Of a stretch of DNA of 64,000 nt, positions 33,640 through 47,357 are shown piece by piece. Location of the stretch: assembly GCA_011109175.1 (NCBI GenBank), contig RDEW01000006.1:905232-969231 (forward strand). Direction: 5' to 3'. The notes beneath the pieces are model-generated. The model saw only the letters and a program-made list of their open reading frames with translations. It did no database searches and was not told the DNA's origin. The translations under genes and the position numbers were made by a program. This DNA comes from Dicyema japonicum (taxonomy: Eukaryota; Animalia; Dicyemida). Position 1 is the first letter of the stretch, and every line of letters begins with the position of its first letter.

Positions 33640-34270
33640 ATAGTTTTGAAACAATCAAACCAAGCGGGTCCATCTTCCATTGGCGTGTGCACCTCTCCAA
33701 GTCGTCCAGATGTTTTCTATGTTCAGTTTTTTGGATATACTTGAAATCACCATCAAGTATCCATAGAAGTCCAACTCGTGGGCGTTCACAGAAGCGTAGC
33801 TCACTCTCAACGACATATTCATCCATGGCAATGTTTACGGGTGTTTTCATTTTTATTCTTGCTATGTGTCCTAAGAAACTTCATCTCAAATCAGAAACCT
33901 CGAGACTCAAAGGATCAGCAGAGAGAGCACTATATATCTCTAATGTTGATTCTATTAGGCCAATTCAGTTGACTTCAATAAAACAAGTCTATCCCGGGCT
34001 ATTCAGCCTTAGACATCTCCCACGTTGAAGAACTGTACACTAGGACTGGTTTAACTATCGTATATCCTTATCAGAATGCTATATTTGATTGTCTTCTGTC
34101 AATCCAGTTCTTTTTAACTTTGTTCAGCCCATTGTAGCAAGGGTTATTCTTCAATGTCCTCACAGTCTCTCGATTGGGTATCAGAACTTCTTTCCATACT
34201 TCTAATATCCACTATTTCCGTTTTGGAAACAGTTACAATTTTTAAGTTTTTAGTAGACAGTTCCAATATT
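33640..34270 (-). mobile_element. RTE-like LINE 3' remnant
   Basis: KPVLVYSS and LR.SFLGHIARIKMKTPVNIAMDEY motifs. Confidence 0.6.
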
Positions 34271-34646
34271 CGCCAACGGACGAAACCTGATCTGGGACGC
34301 GACGTGTGTTGATACTTATTCCCCTTCTAATTTGGTTGCTTCTGCTTCAGACCCAAGACATGCTTCAAAGCAGGCCGAGGAACGAAAGAGGAGGAAGTAC
34401 CAGAGAATTTCGGAGGAGTATCTTTTTGTTCCATTCGCGGTGGAAACGTCAGGAATCCTTGGCCCCCAAGCAGATGAGTTGGTTCGTAAGATCGGCTCCA
34501 TGATTCAAGCTGTGACCAAGGATCCGCGAGAGACTGGTTGGTTCCGAGAACGTATCTCGTTGGCTATTGTTAGGGGAAATAGCATGGCCATTCAGATGCC
34601 TTAATTTAATTTTTATTCATTTGATATTTTCTATTAAAAAAAAAAA
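34270..34646 (+). mobile_element. CRE-like 3' end (RLE domain) with A-rich tail
   Basis: LIWDATCVDT, FVPFAVETSG, WFRERISLAIVRGN*, poly-A run at ~34635-34646. Confidence 0.85.
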
Positions 34647-35286
34647 GTTCCAATAGGCGAATAAAAATAATAATTCAGCCCGCCCGCCAAGGAGTAGTAA
34701 TGTTTCCATTACTCATCTCAGTTTAAGGAGAACTCACATTTTATTTAATAAGTGAAGAACAGTCATACTAATCCGAGACACCGAGAATGTTCTTAACTTT
34801 TTGTTCTTGCGTGTGAGACCTTGAGACAATCCAATTCCGCAGTATTGAATCACTGATGACAATGTCACCCAAGAAGCATTGTAGATCGTCGAACCCGGAA
34901 CCATATGGATTTGGTCCTTCACTTATTACACTGATCATCCGGCTGGGGGAATAAAAACTGATTTGTCTTCCGATAGTAAGGTCGTTAGCATAAATGGATT
35001 CAACTGTTACAATTGAACAATAAAAATGACATTTCGACTGCAGATTTTACGTCATAAAAACACTTGAAAAAAAATTATTAAAAACATAAATTCATAATCC
35101 CCAATATTTAAGGACTCTGTTGACATACTCGTTGCCAAACGGAAACCCACCTATCATAAATAAAATAACCCACTCTTTCCACATTCAGAGGGATTCATGT
35201 ATAATATAACCATTCGATTATAAATTTTAGCAAATATGATTCTATACCCAGCACTCCACTTACTACAATCAACATAGGACTTTCGC

Positions 35287-35900
35287 CTAAAGATTAAAAT
35301 AAGAGGACTTCTGGAAAGTGAGGATAGCACTAATGTCCTCGATCACTTGATCAGAAACATCCTCGTTTAGGGGGAACGAAAAGAACGAATCAACAAAGGA
35401 ATCGTCAGAAACGTGATAAAAAATATTTGCCTTTAATTTTTTATCGGAATTGAGCAATCGGGGGGAATTTGATCTGAGAGAATCCAACGAGAGAAGACCA
35501 AAAAAGTCAATATTCTGTTCAATCCGGTCCACGATTTCCTTCGGGACAGTTTTCTTAAAAAAGAAAAATAGTTGATTCTCAATGCACTGAAATCTCACAA
35601 ACCAACAAGGAATCAAATCATCAGTTCCAAGGTAAACGTTGACTATATTCTCCCCCTGGATCACTTTGACGTTGTCTTTAGTAATGTGAGGCAACTCGAA
35701 TTCATCAAACTCCCTCAGATTAGGTTATTATGGAAGAAATCATAAAATGTCTTGGTATTTGAACTGTCAAGGGTGGAACTGCAAAATCAACCAAAACCAG
35801 TCAACATTACGAAATTCCTTCCATGTGTGAGCACCACTCCTTCCAATTCCGGTATTTTGCTGCTAACAAATTCAACGTTTATCAGCAAATCTAAAATGTG
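35287..35900 (-). CDS. Putative spliced gene of unknown function
   Basis: 135-aa open frame plus upstream protein-like frames; no recognisable domain. Confidence 0.4.
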
Positions 35901-36727
35901 TTGATGAGTCAAGGAGGGGGATTCGACCCCAAAAAGGAGGTTCTCATTCGTTATCGTCCGTACTTTTTGTTCAAAATACTATAAATTAGCTTTCATAAAA
36001 TAAATTATTGAATTTGGCACATTTAACCGCTAAACCTTAGAGAAGAACTCGTCCATAGGTGAAGTGTCCATGCTATTCAAGTAGTCATCTACGCACCCCT
36101 TAAAAAACTGTCAGGAATCATAGGTTAACATTAACCACAAAAAGACGGTAAATTCTTCTAATCAAAGATCTCAAGTACCACGTAATCGTGTTCCTATGCA
36201 TGCTACCTTTCGATTTAGAAGTGACCTACAATAGTAAATTTATCCACTCAACCAAGACGACTGTGTGGGTTTTCACTGGCTTAAACACAACCATGCATTC
36301 CTTTTTTGTCCAAACACATTCGGCTTCTCCGTAAAGACTAGAATTTCCAGCCAAATCTCTATAGTAATCTAGTGTGAGTACTTTGAGAAGCTAATTAGTG
36401 TGTCTGTTAGATTTATTCGTCTTCTCTGAAGAGACGTGTCGCAATTAGGGTAGTAGAAATATTTCTAAACAATATTCCGTATTACTAGGTTTGGTGTACT
36501 CTTATATATGAAGAATGAGTTAACTATAATCTCAACCATAAACAATTAATATAATTTTCTTTAATGTTAAAAATTCAAAAAATTAATATTTTCCTTAATA
36601 AAAATTGTAAGAAAATTTAATTTTTCATTTTGGGTATCTGTGTTATGGTGGTTAGTGATCCGCTCTAGTCTCGACATGGGTTTGATTCCTCCACCCCTCT
36701 GGTTGAAGAATTCTGTTCTGTGCCTTC

Positions 36728-37617
36728 CTAAGAGGCGCCAGTTGACTCACTTGTCTCAAGAGAGTCTAATCCTCTTTTGGCATTCAATAGGGATCTATCT
36801 TCCCTCGAATAGTCCACCAGTGATCTCGCCGTTTTCTGGAACTGCTCCCACGAGGAACTCGACCGGATGTCCTTCACTATGGCTGTCTTGGAAACCACTG
36901 TATGAACGATCTTGCTTCCGAATGGATTTTCTGTTTTTGTAGATTCGTAAGAGAGCGTAGCATCATGTGTTTCATTTATAGTGGTGCTCAGTATCAACTG
37001 AACGCAAAAGGATCCATTTGACCTTCCATCCCTCACTGTTTACTTTGATGTAGTGACTTTTTTAATGTCCGGTCTTAATTAGGTATCACTGTTAATGACC
37101 AAACCACATAAAATAAAAAATAAATGGTCAGCAAGCAAGTCTTAAACAGAAAATAAAAAAACTTGCGCAATACTGATGTAGTAAGATCCCTGTTTGTGGT
37201 GAACACCAGGCTACATTAAGGTATAAATGATATTTTAGAGACCGAATCATAGCTGGAGACTTGAATTGCTTGCAAGCTAAGAAGAGATCGAGAAATTATT
37301 TTTCGGGATAAACTACAATAAACCCTCATTAATCCGAATTTTTGACGAGATATAGTGATTTTAGTCTGATTCCCGTCATTAGCCATTCTTGATCCAAAGT
37401 AGTCTTGTGTGTTGCCGGGTGGGTCAAAGGTAGCATTCCTGATCAACAAGTCATTGGATTGCAGTGGAATTTCGATGCTCCCTGCTGCATATCTCCCGTT
37501 CCGTGTTTTACCGACTATAGCATACTGATTTCCACTGATAAATGACAGAAACGCGATAAAATTGAGTCCATGTCTCCAGAAATGTGGAGTAACTGTGGTG
37601 GGCTCTTCGGGAAACAT
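36728..37617 (-). CDS. One or two putative genes, possibly secreted or membrane-anchored
   Basis: 133-aa and 102-aa ORFs, hydrophobic segments, plausible short introns. Confidence 0.3.
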
Positions 37618-37629
37618 CGAAAAAGATTA

Positions 37630-38400
37630 TCACTTCAAAAGCTAAGGTATATTTTGTGAAAAGCTCGGAATCAATGATCTTGAATTTAGTAAAGGCTAAA
37701 CAGATTTAAAGGAAGATTCAATCTTAAACTAAAAGTTCTTCATGGAGAAGCTAACAGCTTAGCACAAGATGAAATTAATTTGAATAGACAAAATATGGGA
37801 ATAGCCACGCAGTCGGGGAGCCGCCATATGACCATTTACTCTCTTAAATGATTAAGTTAGAAGTTGACCCTGAGTATTGCTAAACATGGATGAAACTGGA
37901 CTCGTTTTTCAATCTTTCCTTTCTATAGCAATTTCATCTAAGGATAGAAAAGGCATAAAGCAATCAAAAGTGAGGATCACTATAGCTCTTTGTGGTAATG
38001 CAACTGTAACAATAAAAATTAAACCTTTTGTTATTGGGAATAGTAAAAGACCAAGATGTTTAAAAGATTTCGATTTTCGAAAAATATTGTACTATGCAAA
38101 TAAAATCCTTGGACGATAACATAACTTTTAATATTATCAACAGTCATCTTAGTGATGAATTAAAATGTTACGGAATAAGTTTTTTTACTGATTGATAATG
38201 CTCCCCGGTTAACGAATTTCTTAAAACATTGAAATTATTTTGGATTATATGGAGGCCCTTGATTTGGGAAAAGAAATTTTGTGAATTTATGAAGCCCATC
38301 ATTATGGTGTCTCACGCATGGAAGAAAGTAAAAGAAGACAATAAAAGTTGTTTCAAAAAGACAGGGACAATCAAATGTTTTAGTCACCCTTTTTGTGAAC
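37630..38400 (+). mobile_element. pogo/Tigger DDE transposase remnant
   Basis: NMDETGLVF, KQSKVRITIALCGNAT, KPFVIGNSKRPRC, LLIDNAP. Confidence 0.72.
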
Positions 38401-39094
38401 AAAATAATCATCATTTTTTGTGAAGATTATAACGTCGACGTGGAAATTATTGAAAAAGGCATATTTTCTCTTCGGTTGCACGTCATGACTTGTTCCCCCA
38501 TTTGGCATTTCCACATAACGTAGGATCTTCGATGACGGTTTTCTGAGGAGTTTAAGTACAAACAAAGGTTGATTGCATATTTATAGATGTTTTTGTGCAA
38601 ATAAGTACTTCATCTTCCAATAGTTAGAAATAAAGTTAAGGCTCACTTACAAGCAAGTCATGGAGACACGTCGGAATCAGTCATCCGAACAAGCGAAAGT
38701 AATTTGTGCCAATGTAAGAACTGCAGGGATTATAAGGATCACAAAAGTCTGTATGGAGATCCAAAAGGCGAAAAGTGTCCATTCAAAAAATGGTCGAACA
38801 AAAATAAAATCCGAACTTGCTGAAACTCCCATTAGAGTCTAAATCGGATATTATTGTTTTATAAAAATCTGACGTAAATAATTACGATGAGGAACTACCA
38901 TCGTCTAAGGGGTTGACCCTAAAGGCACTATTTGTAGAGATTAATAGAACATGATTTAGCAAGTGGAGAAACTTTATATGGCGGTTGAAAGATTTTTCAA
39001 CCTTTGTGAAACAAGGACTGCGGATATCAAATGGAAATACTTGAGATGAAGGATCCCTAAGGGTTCCATTCTCCTCCTCTTCTTTTAATATTCT

Positions 39095-39290
39095 TTATGA
39101 GTGCCTCCAGGAGTTCTGGAAGAGAAGACCTGGCCAACCGAAGACTCGGTGGCTATCCACGGTGGAAGACGTCAAGGGAATGCCTATATCAAGGCTACTC
39201 CAAATTGCAACGGATCGGGAGAGTGAAGGAAACTCGTTCATGAGATCTCCAAGGGACGGACACGACTTAACTAGACAACATAACACCTCC
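39095..39290 (+). mobile_element. RTE (BovB-like) 3' end; related pieces at ~42275-42385 (-) and ~61030-61090 (-)
   Basis: RRPGQPKTRWLSTVED..ATDRE..LVHEISKGRTRLN*; tail GGACACGACTTAACTAGACAACATAACA. Confidence 0.7.
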
Positions 39291-40069
39291 GGGAGTTCTA
39301 GATTCGTTCAGACAATTTTCTCTTAACCCTTTGGAGATCATTCTACTTTCACATGTCATGAATGCGAAAAGTTGTTTTTAGTAAAAACAAAAAACGGAAA
39401 GATCACCCTGTTACTAGAAAAGTCGAAGAGAAAAGAGGTTTCAAACAAGAATACAAGAAAAAACTGGTAAAAATGAATTTTAAATTTACAGAACATGTTG
39501 CTGGGAACACTGAAAACCTCGTCTTTGTGAGCGGAAATGTATGTCACAGTACAATGAGAATAGGCGATATAAAAATGAAACTTGCTCAAACCAAATCAGA
39601 AACAACATCACATGTGTAAAACAAGTATATTTTAACAAACAAAAAATTATAAAGATCACGACACCTCTACTACTAACCGCTTACGACGAAAAAGTCCCAG
39701 CAATGTTTACTTCAATTCTGTAGCACCTTTGTTTGTTGCAATAAGTATTTCATCTTTTTCTTTACGAGCAATAAAATCGGATTTTCAATTCCCTCTTTAG
39801 AACAAATATTTTTAATGATTTTAGAAAAACCTTAAAAACATTTTGTTGTGGCCAAAGGTTATGGAATTCGTTTCTTTAACATTTCTAATCTTTCTCAAAT
39901 ATTGTAGCGTGGCGTTATGTGGTCCACCAATTCAAAAAATTCAGAGGCTTCTAATGCCCTCCGAAAAGGAACATTAGACCCCTTCCTCCAGGGGGTCATT
40001 ATCGACCCCCTGGGGATGTGCTTCAAAAAGTCCAAACATTCCCGGCGAAAACCCTCAGCCCACTGTGGA

Positions 40070-43000
40070 GAAAGAAATTTACTGCTCTTTAATTGAACAT
40101 CAACGGAATTAAACAAGGTCAGGGAACTTCGTTCAATTCTGGCAAACCAGAAGATCGACGTGGCCATGATTCAAGAAACTAAACTCTGCATGAATGATCC
40201 CACTCCTTCATTCCCTGGATACGAGGCTATCAGGATGGACCGTAAAAAGAGAAGAGGGGGTGGACTACTTACTCTATTCAAAAAGAACCTGAAATGCAGA
40301 GACATTATTTCGGAAGTGAGGAAACTTGTTGGAAATGACGAGGTTACTGAGGCGTTGCTTGGGACAACGAAAGGAAGTATGTGCCTCGTGAATATCTACT
40401 TGCCTCCTCTCGGATCCTGCCCAAAGGACTATGTTATTCCAAACCTATCAAGATTGGCTATCTACGAGGAGATCATCATATATGGAGATTTAAACGCAAA
40501 TCACTCATTATGGTTGTCAACCCAACAGACCGACACGAGAGGAAAGCTATTGTCATTAAAATCGGACTCCGTAAAGATACTGAACGATCCAGCGAAAAAT
40601 ACAAGGACCCGATATAGAGAGACGGATCAGCCTACCTCACCGGATATAACACTCTGCTCATCGTCGCTTTCATCAAAAATTGATTGGTCAGTCCTCTACG
40701 AAACAAGAAGCGACCATAATCCAATTGTGATGAAGGTCATGAGAGAAGTCAGAGTGAGGAGAACAATTGCTAGTTATAACTACAAAGCTGCTAATTGGGA
40801 ATTGTATAGCGCAATCTCCGATGATAGACTGTAGAATTGTTACTTAGCTTCAAATCGCTAGAAAAAGCAATCAAATACTTTACTTGCACAATCCTAGAAG
40901 CAAGATCATTGGCTATTACCAAGCATCGTCTAAATTCCTCTAATGGTCGAGGGAAGTCGGAATTGATCAAAGAAAGAAATCACCTCAAAAAATCTAATTG
41001 GATCACATTAGAAACGAAATTCCGGATCAGAGCTCTACACAAAAATAAAGGCCAGAAAGTTCAAGACCCAAAAATTGAAGTGGAATCGGATTCTTACAAA
41101 GGTAAATCGCAACTGTAGTACCGGAGAAGTGTGGAAAGCCATCCGAAATGTTGCAAAAGAAGAAGAAACTTCCCCCGATGATCACTTTACTTAACGAGAC
41201 GTTAACAATTTAATAAAATTCTACACAAAAATTTCGTACAAGGAACAAAGGAAGTCGGAAGTGCTTCTCTCTTCATGGAGAAAACTGAAGAAGAATTCTA
41301 ACCCAGTTTACTTCTCGGATGAAGACGTGAAGAATGCGTTGAACCACATCTACTTCCTTGCTTTTTTATGCCAGTTACACAATTTCGTTTTATCCAATTA
41401 AAAGATGAATGATATCTTTTTTATTTACATGAATTGAATAATCTTCAAGTAATTCATCTTCGTATGTATTCTGAGTATTATAAAAATCAAATTTTCTTGG
41501 TTTGCTAATTTCTCTTCTTGTCTACAAATATTTATTGTGAATTAACCATGTCAGCAAATTGAGTAATTCCCAATTCATATGAAAATATTCCTTGTTTTGA
41601 TAGTAAATTGTGTTTGTCAGTCAATCTCAAGTTTTCAGTAAAAATAGCCATTCTAACTTGGAGTTCTACACCTGAATATGATTTATCTGTAAAAAGTGAA
41701 AATAAACTTAACTATATTTTTCCATAAAATTATTCCATTGGATTTCATAATATTCATCCACTTTAATGGAATGATTGTTTGATTCGTATTTGAAATGAAT
41801 TTTAGATGATATAACATAATTGAACAATAACAGAAAAACATGGATAATTAGGCCGATCATTTTAATTAATTCTGTCTATTTTTATTTAAATACTTTTATA
41901 ATATTAATATATAATATATAAATAATACATCACTAAAAGTGCAACTCCCAACATTACACAGCCACGACGTGTCTTATGAGAAAAACATACATCACCCCTC
42001 TCCAATTTATATTCCCCAAACTACTTCTCCCATAGAGTAGTTGCTCAGAAATTTTAAGTTTAAAAAAGATTTGGTGAAGTTCACGTGGCTTAGCTGTGAT
42101 TACAGGAATCTCGTACTTTGCCGCCCTGCATATGGTGAATTTTTATTATTTTACGTAATTGTAACAAAGATTATTTGTTTTTTCTTATAAGCCAATTTGG
42201 ACTCTTTCCAGTGATTATATTCATCGTTTCAATATCATCAATAGTGGAGTCATACCACAATAATATGTTAAAATGTATGTTATGTTATGTTGTCCAATTA
42301 AGTGGTTTCCGACCTTTGGAGATCTCATGAACGAGTTTCCTCCACTTTCCCCGATCCGTTGCAATTTGGAGTAGCCTTGATATAGGTAGGAAGTCGGAAG
42401 TGCTTCTCTCTTCATGGACTTCCTGTGTTCCCTAACCCTAACCCTTCTCTCTACTTTTCTAGACCTGTCGAAGTGCTTCTCTCTTCATGGAGAAAACTGA
42501 AGAAGAATTCTAACCCAGTTTACTTCTCGGATGAAGACGTGAAGAATGCGCTGCGTTTTACAAGAACAACGTACTCTGCCGGTCCCGACAACATTCCAGT
42601 AGTGTTATTGAAGAACCTTGGAGATATTGGAGTCGGTCTACAACTATTCAATTAATTGTAATGTAATACCGTTGTTATGGAAGCAAGCCAACATCCGACT
42701 ATACTGAAACCTGGAAACCTAAGGAAGATCCGGCGTCATTTAGACCTGTGTCATTGTTATGTTCCATATCGAATATCCTGGAAAGGCTTGTGCTTGGGAA
42801 GAATCTTCAGAAAAGGATTTTAACACGGATTTAAGAGCGATTGTTCTACATCAACGTACCTACAGAAATTAACCAACTTTATTAGAGATGGATTTTCAAA
42901 CAACCAAGGCATTTGAAACAGTCTTATGTTCCATTGATATTAACAAGGCCTTTGATTCTATTTCGAGAAAATATTATCAAAGAAAATTTTCCAGTTTGAT

Positions 43001-43445
43001 TCTATTTCGAGAAAATATTATCAAAAACGTGTATGCCTCGGAGGACTGAAATCAGTCTCACGTCTTCTCCCAAACGGTGTCCCCCAAGGATCTCCTTTAT
43101 CCCCCGCCTTATTCAATTTATACCTGGCAGACCTCCCGCCACCGGAGTCCAATAACGATGTTCTACTCACATATGCGGACGACATTGTTTTGGCCTCGCG
43201 TGATCGGGATATCCAAAATGCTACAGAAAGATTACAAATTAACCTGGATCGACTCAACGCCTAGTCATCAAACTAAACTCCGGCATGCGGGAAGGTGGCC
43301 TTGCAAATACAGTCAGCCGCCCAGTACGAGCTTGTGTGGGCACGATGGAGGAGAACTGGGAAAGAATGAAGATTGTGGTGGAACGCATCGGGATCACGTG
43401 ATAGTTAGTTTGGTTTTACCGTGGTCTTGGGTGTTAAATAAATAA
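40070..43445 (+). mobile_element. Jockey/I-like LINE (APE and RT), interrupted at ~41340-42390 and internally deleted
   Basis: IDVAMIQETKL, IYGDLNA, SPDITL, SDHNPI; GPDNIP, FRPVSLL, GVPQGSPLSPALFNLY, YADDIV; 3' end GGGATCAC...GGGTGTTAAATAAATAAA. Confidence 0.8.
41343..41900 (-). pseudogene. Inverted partial duplicate of the cathepsin L-like gene (5' half, introns retained)
   Basis: Reverse complement aligns closely to ~47620-48165 and stops at the QG..CG motif. Confidence 0.8.
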
Positions 43446-43699
43446 ATACCTCTTCAAAAATGCTCCTTCACTCTGGATTTTCCCGGTTCTTTCATTTTGA
43501 TAGTTGTCCATAAAAAACAATAAAACACCGTCATAACCTGAATGAAAATTTAAAAGATCCCGGCCACTTTCAGAGTCTTTGCATGGTCGAAATTGATGGA
43601 ATTGCCGTTCAGGAGTAACTCCTCTCGATGGTTGTTGACTAATAGTTTTTTTTTTAATATAATTTGAGATTATATCTTTTGCAACCAGAGATAGTGAAC

Positions 43700-44300
43700 C
43701 ACATGACGCACTTTAACAATTTAAGCTCCTTGAAGCCAAAAGGGAAGAGGAGGACAAGTGAAGAGATGACCCTTTTTCTGGTCTTAAAGGAAACACGATG
43801 GGCATAGTGGAAATGACGATTGTCCATTCCTACACAGATATGTGTTAACAACAATGTAGAGGCGCAAAGTTGACTCGAACTTTCCGTGGTAGAGAAGTTT
43901 CGCTTCCGTCAACGCTCCAGATGTTTGTTTATACAAAGTCTTCTGATGGCTTGGGTGGATATCCAGTCATGAATAAGATTGCTCAGTCTTTGGGATGGTT
44001 TGTAAAATCCGAATTTGATCACCAATAGTATGAATAATTTTCATTTTGTTTGTGGAGAACTAAAGTCGGTGAGCTGGATTATCTAGCGTTTTAAACTTAT
44101 TAAGGAATTGTAGAGTTAGATCTTTAAATGGTCCCTGGTTGGAAGAATTTTTGATTCCCAACGTGGTGTGGATTTTAGACACCCAGTAAGTACTCTTAGT
44201 GAAGATTTTTGAGTTGATGTATTTTTTGACGTTATTTATTGATAGACTGCGACCCATGGCAGGAACAGCGTATTTCATTTTGTTCTGATAAATTTTATAT
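43700..44300 (-). mobile_element. LINE C-terminal remnant with CCHC knuckle
   Basis: KYAVPAMG..LS and PLCPSC...GHLFTCP. Confidence 0.5.
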
Positions 44301-44589
44301 ATACAATTTCATGAGTTATGAAAAGTATAATCCTATAAACTCTAATCTTTCGATTAAGTTGTACACGAATCCTTTTTGATAGAATATAGAATTAAATGAT
44401 TTGACGAGTGACCATTTCATCAGTGAACATGTCACAACGGAACCGGATCGTCTACAAAAGACACCCAACAGAAATAAAGAAAAAGGGAAGAGAATTCCTA
44501 AGTTATTCTCACGTTAGACACTAGCTACCATATTCATTTTATTGTTACCTCCAGGATCACTGGATCAAAGAGAAAAAAATAAAAGTTCT

Positions 44590-47340
44590 CAACTATGTGA
44601 TCTCAGACCGACAAGAGAAAGGACGAGTCAGGTGGGGGCGAGAATCCTGAACAACTCTTTTCATTGGACATGGCGGCTCAAAATTTCTGTATGATTGTAG
44701 ATATTTTGATAGTTTATGAAATAGAGGGCAGGTCGGTAAATTAGCCTCCTTTAAGAGTTTCCGTTGTAATTCGATTAAGAGATTTTCAATGGGCTGGATT
44801 TTGTGATCTAGTCCAATTAACCTTATTGCGGTCTCCTCGATTGCGGACAGTTTAATGAGGAGGATCGTGAAATCTGCATTCCCATGAAGGACTGCATACA
44901 TCATCGTTGGTCGAATAAATTATTCATAAATCGTGGCAAGCCACCAGTTTAGTCTTTAAGTGTTTTTGAGAGCACTTTTAAAATTCTCATTTTCCTCAGA
45001 GAATTTACTATGTTCTCAATATGTCAAATAAAGGTGAGTCCCTGATCAAAATTATTCCCAGAATATTCGGTGATTTGTTAATAGGAATGGCCTCGTTCTT
45101 TATAAATATTTTTGGTTCGATACAGAGCTGCCGTTTGTAAGTGGTAAACAGCGTGACTGAAGATGTGTTGTTGCTGATGTGTCGAGTCTCCGCTTCGAGA
45201 GCCATAGTTCCAGCTTGTCAAGCATTTGTTGAGCGGACTGAGTCGCTGATTGAATGCTTCTGTATTTAAAAGCAAGAATGATATCGTCGGCATAAAAAAG
45301 GATTAGATGTCTTTATGTAGAGATTGAAAAGGGCTGGCGATAGTGGTGATCCTTGAAAGACTCCATTTGGTATGAGACGGGATTTTGACTTTAATGTTAT
45401 TCCAAATCACTTGTCCACGTCTCCACTTAAGAAGGAGTTTTCTTAAGACTGCGTCGAAAGCCTTTGTTATATCAACAAAGACCAAGACTGTTCGTTGGTG
45501 TGGTTTAGTGGAATTGAATCCTTCCGTAATGAACTGGCACAGGGACGTTAGGTATGTTGCTGTGGAGTGTTTAGCCCCGAATCCACGTTGGAAAGGACAG
45601 AGTGGGATGTAGTTTTTGATATTTTCAAGAACTAATCTTTCGAGTATTCCGGAAAGTGAACATAGGATCGAGATTGGTATGTAGAAAGAGGGGTCATATT
45701 CGGATTTTCCTAAGATTAGTTTGATGTACAATCTCTTCCAGACATCCTAAATAATGTTCATATTTATTGATATTGTGAATATGTAAGCAATTAAATCTAG
45801 AGCAAGGGGTCCTAGATGCTTTAGTTCCGTTGTAGAAATATTGTCTAGACATCGGGCTTTGGAGTTTTGGTCCTTTGATATTGCCCACTGGACGTCCTAC
45901 GCCGTAAAAATGGTCCACTCGTATGATCCTTTCGGTTTTAATCTGTTAAAAGTACTTGGTGTTCTTTGGAGTGGTTTTTATGTGCTATGGAAGCATAGTA
46001 TTTCATTAAGGTGTTTGATTGTAATGATATCCCCTTTTGCGGTTCATCAAAATACCTTTTGATAGACTTGATTTTGTTCCAGAACTTCTGTACTGACGGA
46101 TTTTCTGTTAGAGCTTTTGATAGTTCTGTCCAGCGTTTGATTTTGTTCCAGAACTTCTGTACTGACGGATTTTCTGTTAGGGCTTTTGATAATTCTGTCT
46201 AGCGTTTCTCGTTTGTTTTACTGATATATTTGTTAATCTTTTTGTTTAGTGTAAGAATTCTTATTATATCCTCTTTCGGAGGTATGTTCTTTTTCTTTAA
46301 TAGTTTCTTTCTTTGACTAAATATTTGGCTGTTGAATTGAATCGCCTGTTTGTCGGTTGTCTTCCCATTGGAATAAATAATTTTCTAGCTTCGTGAATGA
46401 ACAAAGAGAACTGCTTTATGATGTTGTTTAGTGATGAGACAGCATGTAGTTTTGATAACTTGATCTGCATATCAATTTAGCTCGCAAATCTTGTCCAGTC
46501 AGCAAGGTTATACTTTATCAAAGTAGGGAGTGACATTCGATAATTTGATCTTGGATTATGATCACTCATAGTTTCGTATTTCAAGCTCCATGAAATTGAA
46601 GAAGCCAGAAGGAGAGACACGATTGAAACGTCAGGGATGATGGTTTATCATTTTGTCTTAAGGGGGTTCTTTTGTGACAGTTAGGTCGTTTAGGATGCAA
46701 AAGGTTCCCAAGTCTTCGATTAGCACGTCTCCCCGCCTGTTTGACGTCTGACCTCTCTGCCAGAGCGGGTGTTTTGTATTTAGGTCACCGCAAAGAAGTT
46801 CTTTAGTGAGCTGATCGACGAAAGTTTTGGGCAAGTGGCTGATGATGAAGGAAGTAGATGTTAATTGATCAGAGTAAGACGTAACCTTGGGAGTTGGATT
46901 TTTGTGGCCAGAATTTGATACTTTCATGATTTTGGAGGCGGTTGTAGACGTATTTGGTGATATCTTCATAAGGGATCCCGTTTCGTATGATACTTAGTAA
47001 GCCTCCCCCAAGTTTTCCACATCTATCTCTGCGAATAACTGAATATCCAGGGAATTTTGGAGTTGTATTTGCACTTCTGAGTCTGGAATTTTGTAATCGA
47101 AGGACGTCAATTCTATATTTTTCCATAAGGTTTCTGAGTTCGATAATCTTACATTTGATCCCGTTTATATTTATTTGCAAGATCTTTAGGGGTCCGGAGT
47201 TCGTTTTGACGTCCCCACACCGAGACAGTCCGTCCTTGTCAATCCATCCTTGTAGGATAGGGGCAGTGTAACTCTTTTCTTTAAAATGTCTCCTGTTTGG
47301 TGAGTTACGTGACATTCAACCAACCACAAAGTACGTTTTT
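44590..47340 (-). mobile_element. Jockey/I-like LINE (2A-like motif, APE, RT), degenerate
   Basis: CGDVKTNSGP-LKILQININGI, CGDLNTKH, YIPISILCSL, QRGF, VFVDITKAFDAV, YADDI-like. Confidence 0.8.
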
Positions 47341-47357
47341 TTATTGTAAGTTTGTAT

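Noticed and set aside
46069-46205. 69-bp tandem duplication (also ~42951-43025 and ~56574-56615)
   Set aside because: Simple local slippage duplications inside decayed elements
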